A program made the translations under genes and the position numbers. DNA of 64,000 bases from NCBI GenBank assembly GCA_045127215.1, contig JBGVPV010000049.1, positions 230-64,229 of the forward strand, read 5' to 3'. The notes under the pieces were generated by a model, which worked only from the letters and a program-made list of their open reading frames with translations, was not told the origin of the DNA and ran no database searches. Each line of letters opens with the position of its first letter. Positions within the stretch are counted from its first letter, which is position 1. This DNA comes from Eubacteriales bacterium. Its GTDB lineage: Bacteria > Bacillota > Clostridia > Oscillospirales > CAG-272. Of the stretch, positions 36,093 through 45,242 are shown piece after piece.

Positions 36093-37386
36093 AATCCTCT
36101 ACCTCCTCTTGTGAAGTACTGCCGTTACCGCTCACAAAGAAGCAAGAGTCATAACGTATCTTACCCGCAAGTCTTACTATATCCTCGCGCGTCACGCTCA
36201 TAAGCGCGTCGCGGCACTCCTCAACGGTTTCATTTATGCCGAAGCACGCGCGCGTCGCGTAAAACGCCTGCAAGGAAAACGGAGAGTCATATATCTGAGC
36301 ATACGAATAGCCAAGTGAATTTCTGGCAGCAGCAAACTCCGCGTCGGTAATATCTCCGCGTCTTATTGCGTCAAGCTGAGCGAGTATACCTGATATTACT
36401 TTCTCCTTATTTGATTCCTCAAAGCCGCAGGAGACCATAATGTTTCCCGATACCGAGCTGTACGAGGATGAGCAATAATAGCAAAGCCCCTGCTTTTCAC
36501 GGACGTTTAGAAATAGCTTGGATGCGGGAGACGCTCCGAGTATTTCATTGAGGAGTATAGCGGTATGCCTGTCCTCTCTGTTGTATCCCGTACCCGTTAC
36601 AAAGCCCATGGAAAGCTTTGCCTGCGAGACGTCCATCTTCTCCTCGGAGTACGCGTACTCTCTTGAATCTGAAATAACGTCGGGTACGTAATCGACAGAA
36701 CCGTATCCGAGTTTTCCTCCGAAAGCCTCAGCAAGACTTTTTGCCACACGTTCGCCGTCCTTTGAGCCAACGTAAAAGACCGAAAGCTCAGCGGTATCAA
36801 GCAGCTTTTTATGATAAGCCATCAGCTCATCACTGCTGACTGTCTCTATATTTTCAAGCAAATATTCAAGCGTTGGATAATTGGGATTATCTCTGTGCAA
36901 GAGCTCTCTGCAACGCATAGCCGCATAAGCTCTGGTATTATTACGCTCTGCAAGCAAGGCGTCGCGAACGATAGCAATCTCACTGCGAAGCGTATCGGCG
37001 GGAAATGCGCCGTTCTGCTTTTTGGGGGCGGTCAACAGCTCCCCGATGATTCCAATAACTCCGCCAAAGACGTCCTCGCCCTCGGGAACGTGACGGTCAG
37101 CCAAAAAGTCCGCACCTACGTTGAGCGAGAGAGTGTTCGCACAGGTATTTGAGGATATCTCCACAACCGCGGCGTACAGCATATCAAGCGCTCTGTTTAC
37201 CGCAGCGTGCGACGGCATCGACTCAGTACCGCGACGCATGATACCCGAGAGCAGCATATTGCACAGATAATCTCTCGGCGTCAGCGGTATACTGAGGGAA
37301 AGACCGAGCGCCTCGGTTTTGAATTTATTCGTATTTATGTATGACAGCGAAGCGTTGTTCGCTATGCTGATGCGTTGTAGTTTCAT
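36085..37386 (-). CDS. M16 family peptidase-like protein lacking the HxxEH motif
   Basis: 433 aa with M16 fold blocks. The position of HxxEH reads NMLLSGIMRRG. It overlaps the downstream partner by 8 nt. Confidence 0.8.
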   Translation of the reverse strand: MKLQRISIANNASLSYINTNKFKTEALGLSLSIPLTPRDYLCNMLLSGIMRRGTESMPSHAAVNRALDMLYAAVVEISSNTCANTLSLNVGADFLADRHVPEGEDVFGGVIGIIGELLTAPKKQNGAFPADTLRSEIAIVRDALLAERNNTRAYAAMRCRELLHRDNPNYPTLEYLLENIETVSSDELMAYHKKLLDTAELSVFYVGSKDGERVAKSLAEAFGGKLGYGSVDYVPDVISDSREYAYSEEKMDVSQAKLSMGFVTGTGYNREDRHTAILLNEILGASPASKLFLNVREKQGLCYYCSSSYSSVSGNIMVSCGFEESNKEKVISGILAQLDAIRRGDITDAEFAAARNSLGYSYAQIYDSPFSLQAFYATRACFGINETVEECRDALMSVTREDIVRLAGKIRYDSCFFVSGNGSTSQEEVEDYE

Positions 37387-37539
37387 TCCGTGTCCCGTTG
37401 TGCGAATGCAACAACTATCCCATTATAGTATATTCAATATATTATACTACAAAAATATAATAATTGCAATATTTTTTTATTATTTAATATTATATTAATC
37501 GAAATTTAGCAAAAACAGTAATTTTTTTCAAAAAAAGTG

Positions 37540-37569
37540 TTGACAAAGCCTTTTGTATTATGGTATAAT
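37540..37569 (+). promoter_or_regulatory. SigA-type promoter of rplU-prp-rpmA
   Basis: TTGACA (37540..37545), 18 nt, TGGTATAAT with -10 at 37564..37569. It is preceded by the same T-run/A-run module as the tRNA promoter. Confidence 0.65.
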
Positions 37570-37665
37570 ATACTGCCGCATAAATTGGGGCTTTTTAAGT
37601 GCGCAAAGAAATACTCTCTGCGCCGCCTTATATTAGCGAGTCTATAAGAAAGAGAGGTGCTTTTC

Positions 37666-37977
37666 GTGTACGCAATTATTGAAACAGGCGGAAAGCAGTA
37701 CAAGGTTAACGAGGGCGATATCCTTTTCATTGAGAAGCTCGACGTTAACGCAGGTGACACTGTTACTTTTGACCGTGTCAAAGCAGTATCTATGGGAGAT
37801 GATTTCAAGGTTGGCGCTCCCACAGTTGAAGGTGCAACCGTTACAGCAAATGTCGTTTCTAATGGAAAAGGCAAGAAGATTTATGTAATCAAGTACAAGT
37901 CCAAGAAGAACGAGAAGAAGAAGATCGGTCACAGACAGCCTTACACTAAGGTACAGATCGTATCCATCAACGCTTGA
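37666..37977 (+). CDS. rplU: 50S ribosomal protein L21
   Basis: The GTG at 37666 gives [14 protein letters not shown], the canonical L21 N-terminus. GAGAGG lies 8 nt upstream. The ORF-track start at 37657 falls inside the RBS. Confidence 0.95.
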   Translation: MYAIIETGGKQYKVNEGDILFIEKLDVNAGDTVTFDRVKAVSMGDDFKVGAPTVEGATVTANVVSNGKGKKIYVIKYKSKKNEKKKIGHRQPYTKVQIVSINA

Positions 37978-37999
37978 ATAAAATCAAGTAAGTGAAAAA

Positions 38000-38359
38000 A
38001 TGACTAAAGTCGTTTTTTTCAGAAGCGGTGGAAGCTTCTATGGGTTTGAAGAGCAAGGTCACGCGGATTACGCGAATGCAGGTGAAGATATTCTCTGCGC
38101 TGCCCTGTCTGCTATGACAATGCTCATCATAAACACTGTCGAGGTCGCTTATGCCTCGGACGTGGATTATGATATCGACGAGGGTGCTACTACTATCAAG
38201 GTAAGATCCAAGGCGGCACTGGCGGAGTTTGAAAATGACGAGCGCAAGAGATATGCGATCTCAGGTCTTTTCCTCTCCTACTATTACCAGCTCAACGATC
38301 TCGTCGAGGAGTATTACGATCACCTGTCCGTCGAGGTTAAGGACGTAGATTACGTCTGA
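38000..38359 (+). CDS. prp: Ribosomal-processing cysteine protease Prp
   Basis: 119 aa located between rplU and rpmA. His/Cys dyad context: QGHADYANAGEDILCAALS. Confidence 0.9.
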   Translation: MTKVVFFRSGGSFYGFEEQGHADYANAGEDILCAALSAMTMLIINTVEVAYASDVDYDIDEGATTIKVRSKAALAEFENDERKRYAISGLFLSYYYQLNDLVEEYYDHLSVEVKDVDYV

Positions 38360-38413
38360 TGTCTTCTAAAGACAAACGTACAACAAATTACATTAATTAC
38401 GGAGGAATGAAAA

Positions 38414-38692
38414 ATGGTAAGAATCAGTTTACAGTTCTTTGCTCATAAAAAGGGTGTTGGTTCTACAAAGAACGGCCGTGATAGCGAATCCAAGCGCCTT
38501 GGCGTGAAGAAGGCTGACGGTCAGTCCGTGCTTGCAGGTAACATTATCGTAAGACAGAGAGGTACTGCTATCCATCCCGGCAACAACGTCGGTATCGGCA
38601 AGGACGATACACTTTTTGCTCTCATTAACGGAAAGGTTAAATTCGAGCAGAAGACAAAGGACAAGAAGCAGGTTAGCGTTTACGCTGACTAA
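38414..38692 (+). CDS. rpmA: 50S ribosomal protein L27 with a cleavable N-terminal extension
   Basis: 92 aa. [24 protein letters not shown]; the Prp cleavage motif precedes AHKKG. Confidence 0.95.
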   Translation: MVRISLQFFAHKKGVGSTKNGRDSESKRLGVKKADGQSVLAGNIIVRQRGTAIHPGNNVGIGKDDTLFALINGKVKFEQKTKDKKQVSVYAD

Positions 38693-38699
38693 TTCAGTA

Positions 38700-38745
38700 A
38701 AAAGAAAAGCCTTTGGGTTGATCCCCAAAGGCTTTTCTTTTTTAT
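38700..38745. terminator. Bidirectional intrinsic terminator
   Basis: AAAAGCCTTTGGG (38705..38717) pairs with CCCAAAGGCTTTT (38724..38736), with flanking A and T runs. Confidence 0.8.
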
Positions 38746-38747
38746 AT

Positions 38748-40022
38748 TTATTCAAACTTAAGGTCAACTGCTATCGGACAGTGGTCGGAGCATTTAAGCG
38801 CGATTGAATTATGCAAGATATCAAAAGTCATCGCTTCAATTCCCTCGCCTACGGTATAGACGTGATCTATCGCGCGCTCAAATCCGAGCCCCGTAAGATC
38901 CGCACAGTAATTGTAAAAATCACGATCCGCGTCATACGTGGGATATGCGTGGCAGGTGGTATGCGAATCGGCAAACACGGGAGCGGTAAGCTGCACCGCC
39001 TTGAAGCCGTCAAGCTCATTCAGCACGTCGATCACGGTTCTTCCCCCCGTCACGCTGTTTTTGACCGAGTCCAGAGACGCGTGATTATAACACGCATTCA
39101 TATCGCCACCGAGGACTATGGGAAGCGCAGGATACTTTACACGAATAGTATTATTGATAACGTCGAGCATTTCCTCGGCGTTTTTAATTCGCGCAAGATT
39201 TGACTCAGCTCTCTCATTTCTGTCCACAACCGCATCAGCCGCATAATAGAAATGCAGACTTATCACCACAAAGCTCTTCCCTGTTTTTTTATCGGCAAAG
39301 ACCGCCCAGGTAAAATTCTTGGTGTTGCCGTTATTGCAGACCTTGGGATTTACGGGACTTACGTAGAAAAACGGGTGGTATCCCTGATCCAACAGCTCAA
39401 GCCTTGAAGGGTCGTAGAATATCGGAGAGCAGTTTTTACCGAGCGCGCTGAAATCCACCTCGACCTCGGCATAGCCCGACGATGTCAACATAGGCGTCAT
39501 AAGCGCACGCGGGATAACGTCGTATTCCTGAAGGCACAGCAGAGGCGCGCCGTACTCGCGGTAAAGCTTTACCTGAAAATCAAAGCGCTTTTCGGAGTTT
39601 ATCGTAGGCTCACGGTCATAGCCGAATATGTTATGGTATATTACTCTCAGGTCGCCGTATTCTCTCGCCATACTTACGTCAGCGGCATCAAGCTCGGCAT
39701 CTATCGGAAGCCGAGCGTTAAAGCTCCCCTCACCGTCAAAGAGAGACATAAAAAACTCGGACACCTTATCGTATCCCGAGGCGCACGCCGCCGCGAGAAT
39801 TATATTGCCGTCACGACTGTAAACTCGGCAGAGATTTTTATTGTCCGCGTCGTATTCTTCAAATATCACGCAGTTCTCACTGTCCGCATCTGTCGCAACG
39901 CATATATCACTTCCGAATTTTTTATTCAACTTATCGGCAAGCGTATAAGCCGCCTCGCGCATCCAAGTCGCGTCCCCATTATCTGCATTATAACTTATTT
40001 TAAACTCTTTTACGTTTTTCAT
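38748..40022 (-). CDS. Endonuclease/exonuclease/phosphatase (EEP) family protein with an unassigned N-terminal domain
   Basis: 424 aa. The C-terminal half has EEP blocks (LCLQE, GGDMN, SDHCPIAVDL). Confidence 0.75.
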   Translation of the reverse strand: MKNVKEFKISYNADNGDATWMREAAYTLADKLNKKFGSDICVATDADSENCVIFEEYDADNKNLCRVYSRDGNIILAAACASGYDKVSEFFMSLFDGEGSFNARLPIDAELDAADVSMAREYGDLRVIYHNIFGYDREPTINSEKRFDFQVKLYREYGAPLLCLQEYDVIPRALMTPMLTSSGYAEVEVDFSALGKNCSPIFYDPSRLELLDQGYHPFFYVSPVNPKVCNNGNTKNFTWAVFADKKTGKSFVVISLHFYYAADAVVDRNERAESNLARIKNAEEMLDVINNTIRVKYPALPIVLGGDMNACYNHASLDSVKNSVTGGRTVIDVLNELDGFKAVQLTAPVFADSHTTCHAYPTYDADRDFYNYCADLTGLGFERAIDHVYTVGEGIEAMTFDILHNSIALKCSDHCPIAVDLKFE

Positions 40023-40048
40023 AAAGTCCTCCCCCTGAAGCCATCAAC

Positions 40049-40501
40049 TTATTTTCTTCGTTTTTCCTCAAAAAATTCTTTAAGAAGTGCCGCAGACTCT
40101 CCCGCCAGCACACCCTCCTCAACCGCAAAAGCGTGATTGAAGGGATAACGGTTAAAGTTTATAACGCTGCCAAGGCAGCCCGCCACAGAGTCACGGACAG
40201 CAAAAACGACCTTGTCAATTCGGGAGTTGACTAACGCACCCGCGCACATAGGACACGGCTCAAGCGTTACGTAAAGAGTACAGCCCGACAGCCTCCACGT
40301 GCCAAGCGTTCGGCACGCCCCCTCTATCGCGATAATTTCGGCATGTGCCGTGGCGCTTGCATTATTTTCGCGCAAATTATACCCCTTGCCGACGATCTCG
40401 CCGTCCTTGACGACGATCGCCCCTACGGGAACTTCACCAAGTGCCGCCGCTTCTTTTGCAAGAGAGAGCGCCTGCTTCATAAATTCTACGTGATTTTGCA
40501 T
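40049..40501 (-). CDS. tadA: tRNA adenosine(34) deaminase TadA
   Basis: HAEIIAI and PCPMCAGAL zinc motifs. The ATG at 40501 was chosen because the longer ORF overlaps the upstream gene. Confidence 0.93.
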   Translation of the reverse strand: MQNHVEFMKQALSLAKEAAALGEVPVGAIVVKDGEIVGKGYNLRENNASATAHAEIIAIEGACRTLGTWRLSGCTLYVTLEPCPMCAGALVNSRIDKVVFAVRDSVAGCLGSVINFNRYPFNHAFAVEEGVLAGESAALLKEFFEEKRRK

Positions 40502-40505
40502 GATC

Positions 40506-40841
40506 TCACTTCCTGTAATAAACGTAAAATGCGATAACCGTTCTTTCCTGTCCGCCACTTTCAAGATCCGGGCCTGTGAGTACCACGCCGTCGCGTGACA
40601 TAAGCTCCCACAGCTTAAGATCGTCTACGGGGCATCGGAAAACGACCTTTTGCGAAGCATAAACGATAAACTCGTCGTTTCTTATATTAAGCCCGCCGTT
40701 GCGCCCGATAACCTCTTCGACGTCGCCTTTTTTCTCAGTGACGTATTTGATGTGCTGTCCGCACACCGCGTACGCAAGCTCACGGCGGAATTTTTTACTG
40801 TCCGGATTTTTACTCTTAAACAATTTATCAAAAAATCCCAT
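40506..40841 (-). CDS. Small hypothetical protein (111 aa)
   Basis: ORF 40506..40982 trimmed to the ATG at 40841 (MGFFDKLF), because the extension overlaps the GH13 gene. I recognise no motif. Confidence 0.5.
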   Translation of the reverse strand: MGFFDKLFKSKNPDSKKFRRELAYAVCGQHIKYVTEKKGDVEEVIGRNGGLNIRNDEFIVYASQKVVFRCPVDDLKLWELMSRDGVVLTGPDLESGGQERTVIAFYVYYRK

Positions 40842-40860
40842 ATTGATCGCTCCAAAATTT

Positions 40861-42759
40861 TTATTTGAGAATAAGCGCGGTAAGGGGCGGTACGACTCCC
40901 GAATATTCCGCGCCAGTGATAAGATCAACGGCTTTATGCGATACGGAATAAGACACGGGAGTATCGGAAGCGTTGACAACAACGGTCAACTGCTCACTCT
41001 CGTTATAACGTCTGTAAGCAATAAACGCGCCGCTTGCGTGTTCAACGCAAAACTCTCCGTCAACAAACAGCTTCTCTGCCTCTCTTATATTACCGAGACG
41101 CGTGTAATGCTCAAGCAATTCCCTACACTCTCGTCCCCACGGGAAAGTTCTGCGGCAGAAGGGGTCTCCGTAACCCTCGACTCCTGCCTCATCACCGTAA
41201 AACACGGAGGGGACGCCGTAAACCGTGTACTGTATAACAGCCGCCAGCTTTTGCAGAGCAATTCCGCTCGCTCTTTGAGCGTCACTAAGACGCTTTTGTT
41301 CAAGCTCACGGCAAGAGAGCTCAGATACGTCCTCACCTGCGTCTCCGAGCAACGTGAGTATTCTCTCGGTATCGTGAGTTCCAAGCAGATTCATAAGGCT
41401 GTCACACACGCACTTGGGGTAGGAGGCGTATATGGATTTGAGAATATCGGCAAGCATCTCGGCATCCTTATCCACAAGGAAAGCAAGTACACCGTTACGC
41501 AAAGGATAATTCATTACGCTGTCAAGCTGAGCTCCGCGCAGGTATCTGCGACGCTGTGAATATGCCACCTTTTCAGCCGCGTTCTCCCATACCTCGCCGA
41601 TGATAATTGCCTCACCGTCAGACGCGCCCTTTACGGCAACTCTGAGTTCGTCAAGGAACTGATCGGATAACTCGTCAGCCACGTCAAGCCGCCAACCGCC
41701 GATTCCCGCTCTTACGTATCGAGCGCAAACGCCGCTTTGCTCGTCGGTGAAAAATCTGCGACAGCTCTCGCTTGAATGGTCAAGTCTTGGAAGAATGGTT
41801 ATTCCCCACCAGCTCTCGTACTCCTCAGGGTACTTGCGGAATTTGTACCAATTCCGAAACGCCGAGTCGGGATCGGAATAAGCTCCGCGAAAACCGTATT
41901 TTCCGTATTTATCAAAATACAGGCTATCGTCGCCCGTGTGATTGAAAACACCGTCAAGTATTATTTTTATATCAAGCTCAGCGGCTTTTTTTATAAGCGC
42001 GTCAAACGCCGCTCTGCCGCCGAACATTTCGTCAACTTCAAGATAATTTCCCGTATCGTATTTATGATTTGAATACGCACGGAATATAGGGCTGAGGTAT
42101 ATAACTCCGACTCCGAGGGATCTCAGATAATCAAGCTTCTGGCAAACTCCCCAGAGATTGCCGCCGAAGAACATATTGTTAGCGAGCTTATCTCCCCATT
42201 TCTCAGGATACTGCATAACGCCGTTATCCCAGTCCTCGTTGATTATAGCGTCGTCACGCGTGCCGACGCTTCCCTCACCGCGATAAAAGCGGTCAACGAA
42301 AACGTGATACATGGTTCTGCCCCTGAACCACTCGGGAGTATCATAATCCGCGCTGTGAATAAGTAGGACAAACTTGCCCGCGGACTGATGCTCAAGCGTA
42401 AAATCCACGTAGTTATAGGTACTTGTAAAAAGCGTGTCAAGACCGCGCAAAAACAGTATCTCGTAGTAAAAGAGTCCGTTATCGTCGCCACCGCACAGCT
42501 CCGCTGTACTCACGGTCAAGCTATACGTGTCAACGCCAAGCTCCGTATTCACAAAGTGAAACGGCATATCAAACGGCTCTGCACCGTCACGGTTTATACG
42601 CAGAACTACCGCCGAAGCCCCCAAAACTCTCGGTACCTCGACGGTAAATTCTATATTACTTCCATACGGAAAAGCGCCTCTCTGGGAGGCGTCTTTTCCG
42701 TTTATGCTTTTTTTGATACGGGGCATGCACTCGCACGCCGGTGTAAGTTTAGTAAGCAT
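40861..42759 (-). CDS. GH13 alpha-glucosidase/neopullulanase-like enzyme
   Basis: 632 aa with all four GH13 regions: DGVFNH, GWRLDVADE, GEVWE, LLGTHDTER. It has an N-terminal beta domain. Confidence 0.88.
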   Translation of the reverse strand: MLTKLTPACECMPRIKKSINGKDASQRGAFPYGSNIEFTVEVPRVLGASAVVLRINRDGAEPFDMPFHFVNTELGVDTYSLTVSTAELCGGDDNGLFYYEILFLRGLDTLFTSTYNYVDFTLEHQSAGKFVLLIHSADYDTPEWFRGRTMYHVFVDRFYRGEGSVGTRDDAIINEDWDNGVMQYPEKWGDKLANNMFFGGNLWGVCQKLDYLRSLGVGVIYLSPIFRAYSNHKYDTGNYLEVDEMFGGRAAFDALIKKAAELDIKIILDGVFNHTGDDSLYFDKYGKYGFRGAYSDPDSAFRNWYKFRKYPEEYESWWGITILPRLDHSSESCRRFFTDEQSGVCARYVRAGIGGWRLDVADELSDQFLDELRVAVKGASDGEAIIIGEVWENAAEKVAYSQRRRYLRGAQLDSVMNYPLRNGVLAFLVDKDAEMLADILKSIYASYPKCVCDSLMNLLGTHDTERILTLLGDAGEDVSELSCRELEQKRLSDAQRASGIALQKLAAVIQYTVYGVPSVFYGDEAGVEGYGDPFCRRTFPWGRECRELLEHYTRLGNIREAEKLFVDGEFCVEHASGAFIAYRRYNESEQLTVVVNASDTPVSYSVSHKAVDLITGAEYSGVVPPLTALILK

Positions 42760-42775
42760 TAAAATTAAAACATCC

Positions 42776-45208
42776 TTATTTTTTATCTGTAAGTCTTCTT
42801 ATTCCCCAGATATTCTGAGCGTACTCGTTGATAGAACGGTCTGCCGCAAAGTAACCGCAAGCCGCGATATTGAGAAGTGACATTCTGTTCCACTTCTCCT
42901 TATCCTGATAATCGTCTATCGCGCGAGCGTGAGTCGTACGGTAGGACTCAAAGTCTGCAAGACACATATACGGGTCTGCAACTCCCTGACCTGTGAGCAA
43001 GTAGTTTGCGATATCACAGAAGGACTCGCCTGCAAAGCCTACGTTGAGGGCATTGATTATTCTGCGGAGCTTCTCGTTATTGGAGTAGAACTCGATACAG
43101 TTATAACCTCTGAGCCACATCTCGTCAACCTCAGCACTTGTAAGACCGAAGATATACATATTATCCTCGCCGACCGCGCCAAGCATTTCTACGTTTGCGC
43201 CGTCAAGCGTACCTATGGTCATAGCACCGTTGATCATGAGCTTCATGCATCCCGTTCCGCTTGCTTCCTTACCTGCAAGAGAGATCTGCTCGGAAAGCTC
43301 TGCCGCGGGAACGAGGGCTTCTGCCATACTTACGTTATAGTTTTCAAGGAATACGACCGCAAGCTTTTCGCGAACCACGGGATCACTCTCGATCTCCTTA
43401 CCGAGCGCGCAGATAAGCTTGATGATGCTCTTAGCCATATAGTAGCCGGGAGCCGCCTTTGCCGCAAACATAAAGGTCTGAGGCTGGAATTCCTTGTTGG
43501 GATTATCCTTGATATCAAGGTAAAGACCTATGATATTGAGTACGTTGAGAAGCTGACGCTTATATTCGTGAAGTCTCTTGATATGAACGTCGTAGAAGGA
43601 ATGGGTATCGATGGTTCTTCCCGTCTGCTTATAGATATGGTTTGCAAAAGCGATCTTATTGTCGTGCTTTATTGCTCTTACCTCGGAAAGCACTCCCGTA
43701 TCGTTTACGTACTTTGCAAACTCGGAGAGCTCCTCGGGGTTGTGTCTGTATCCCGTTCCGATAGTATCGTCAAGAAGTCCTGCAAGCTTGGGGTTTGAGT
43801 AGCACAACCAACGGCGGTGCGCTATACCGTTAGTAACGTTGCAGAAGCGATACGGATACATTGCGTAAAAGTCCTTGAATATGGACTTTGTAAGAATATC
43901 GGAGTGAAGCTTTGATACGCCGTTTATGGAGTGACAGCCAACCGCGCAGAGATTTGCCATACGCACCTGACCGTAGCTGATAATACTCATCTTGGAAATT
44001 CTGTTCCAGTTACCCGGGAAGGTCTTCCAAGCCTCACGGCAGAATCTCTCGTTGATCTCGTGAATGATATTGTAGATTCTGGGGAGCTTGAGACGGAAGA
44101 GGTCCTCATTCCAAGCTTCGAGTGCCTCGGGCATTACGGTATGGTTGGTGTAAGAACAGATCTTAACAACCATATTCCAAGCCTTTTCCCAAGGATAGAA
44201 ATACTCGTCAACGAGTATTCTCATAAGCTCGGGGATACAAAGCGCGGGGTGAGTATCGTTGATATGGATAGCCACCTTATCGGGAAGATTATCAAGCGTT
44301 CCGTAAACAGCCATGTGGTCACGGATAATGCTCTGACAGGATGCGGACACCAGGAAGTACTGCTGAGAAAGTCTGAGCAGCTTACCCTCGATATGATTGT
44401 CTGAGGGATAGAGCACCTTGGAGATGATCTCAGCGTTTGTGCTTTCCTCTACTGCCTTAGTGTACTGTCCCTGAGTAAAGAGCTTCATATTGAAGTTGTG
44501 AATATCTCTTGCCTTCCAAAGTCTGAGCTGGCTTACTGCCTTGCTGTCAGATCCGGATATCATCATATCGTAAGGAACTGCCTCGATCTCCTCTGCGTTC
44601 TCATAAATGATCTCGCAGTGACCGTCACGCCATTCCTCGCGGATGTGACCGCCCATCTTGACCTTGAATATTCTATCGGTTCTTGGAACTAACCATACTT
44701 CTCCTCCGGGAAGCCAGATGTCGGGAAGCTCGACCTGCATTCCGTCAACTATCATCTGCTTGAAGAATCCGTACTCATAACAAATCGAAAATCCCGTTGC
44801 GGGGTAATCGAGTGATGAGAGTGAATCCATAAAGCAAGCAGCAAGTCTTCCAAGTCCGCCGTTACCAAGTCCCGCGTCGGGCTCGCACTCGTAAATATCC
44901 TCAAGTGTAAAGCCGTAGGCATTCAGCGCCTTCTCATACTCCTCAGCTATGCCGAGATTGCATATACTGGTCTTGAGGGAGCGACCGAGCAAGAATTCCA
45001 TGCACATATAATATACGCGCTTCTCGCCCTTCTTGTTTACCTCATGCTTGAACTCCCCTCTCTTCTCGGTGAGGATATCCTTAACTGTCATAGCTACCGC
45101 TTTGTACATCTGATCCTTGGTAGCCTCTGTGGGCTTGCAGCCAAAGTATCTTGAAAGCTTCGCCTCTATATTTTCTTTTACCTGTTTTTTCTGTGTCTGA
45201 TTCGCCAT
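42776..45208 (-). CDS. glgP: Glycogen/maltodextrin phosphorylase (GT35)
   Basis: About 810 aa. GNGGLGRLAACF, and the PLP-lysine region EASGTGCMKLMINGA. The ATG at 45208 is preferred because the longer ORF overlaps glgA. Confidence 0.93.
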   Translation of the reverse strand: MANQTQKKQVKENIEAKLSRYFGCKPTEATKDQMYKAVAMTVKDILTEKRGEFKHEVNKKGEKRVYYMCMEFLLGRSLKTSICNLGIAEEYEKALNAYGFTLEDIYECEPDAGLGNGGLGRLAACFMDSLSSLDYPATGFSICYEYGFFKQMIVDGMQVELPDIWLPGGEVWLVPRTDRIFKVKMGGHIREEWRDGHCEIIYENAEEIEAVPYDMMISGSDSKAVSQLRLWKARDIHNFNMKLFTQGQYTKAVEESTNAEIISKVLYPSDNHIEGKLLRLSQQYFLVSASCQSIIRDHMAVYGTLDNLPDKVAIHINDTHPALCIPELMRILVDEYFYPWEKAWNMVVKICSYTNHTVMPEALEAWNEDLFRLKLPRIYNIIHEINERFCREAWKTFPGNWNRISKMSIISYGQVRMANLCAVGCHSINGVSKLHSDILTKSIFKDFYAMYPYRFCNVTNGIAHRRWLCYSNPKLAGLLDDTIGTGYRHNPEELSEFAKYVNDTGVLSEVRAIKHDNKIAFANHIYKQTGRTIDTHSFYDVHIKRLHEYKRQLLNVLNIIGLYLDIKDNPNKEFQPQTFMFAAKAAPGYYMAKSIIKLICALGKEIESDPVVREKLAVVFLENYNVSMAEALVPAAELSEQISLAGKEASGTGCMKLMINGAMTIGTLDGANVEMLGAVGEDNMYIFGLTSAEVDEMWLRGYNCIEFYSNNEKLRRIINALNVGFAGESFCDIANYLLTGQGVADPYMCLADFESYRTTHARAIDDYQDKEKWNRMSLLNIAACGYFAADRSINEYAQNIWGIRRLTDKK

Positions 45209-45242
45209 TGGTATAATTTTTCCTTTCAAAATTGCCTGTTGA

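Noticed and set aside
37570-37665. Possible ribosomal-protein L21 leader structure upstream of rplU
   Set aside because: The position is right and a small hairpin exists (GCGCA...UGCGC). However, I cannot recall the family consensus well enough to verify it by eye, so it needs a covariance-model search.
40502-40982. N-terminal extensions in the ORF track (tadA to 40564, the small ORF to 40982, hup to 52013, tldD to 25111, tex to 15810, glgC to 49074, folT to 18360, lipoprotein to 22353, and others)
   Set aside because: The extensions overlap upstream genes or start at TTG/GTG without an RBS. In-frame ATGs with GGAGG-type RBS lie just downstream and restore canonical family N-termini.
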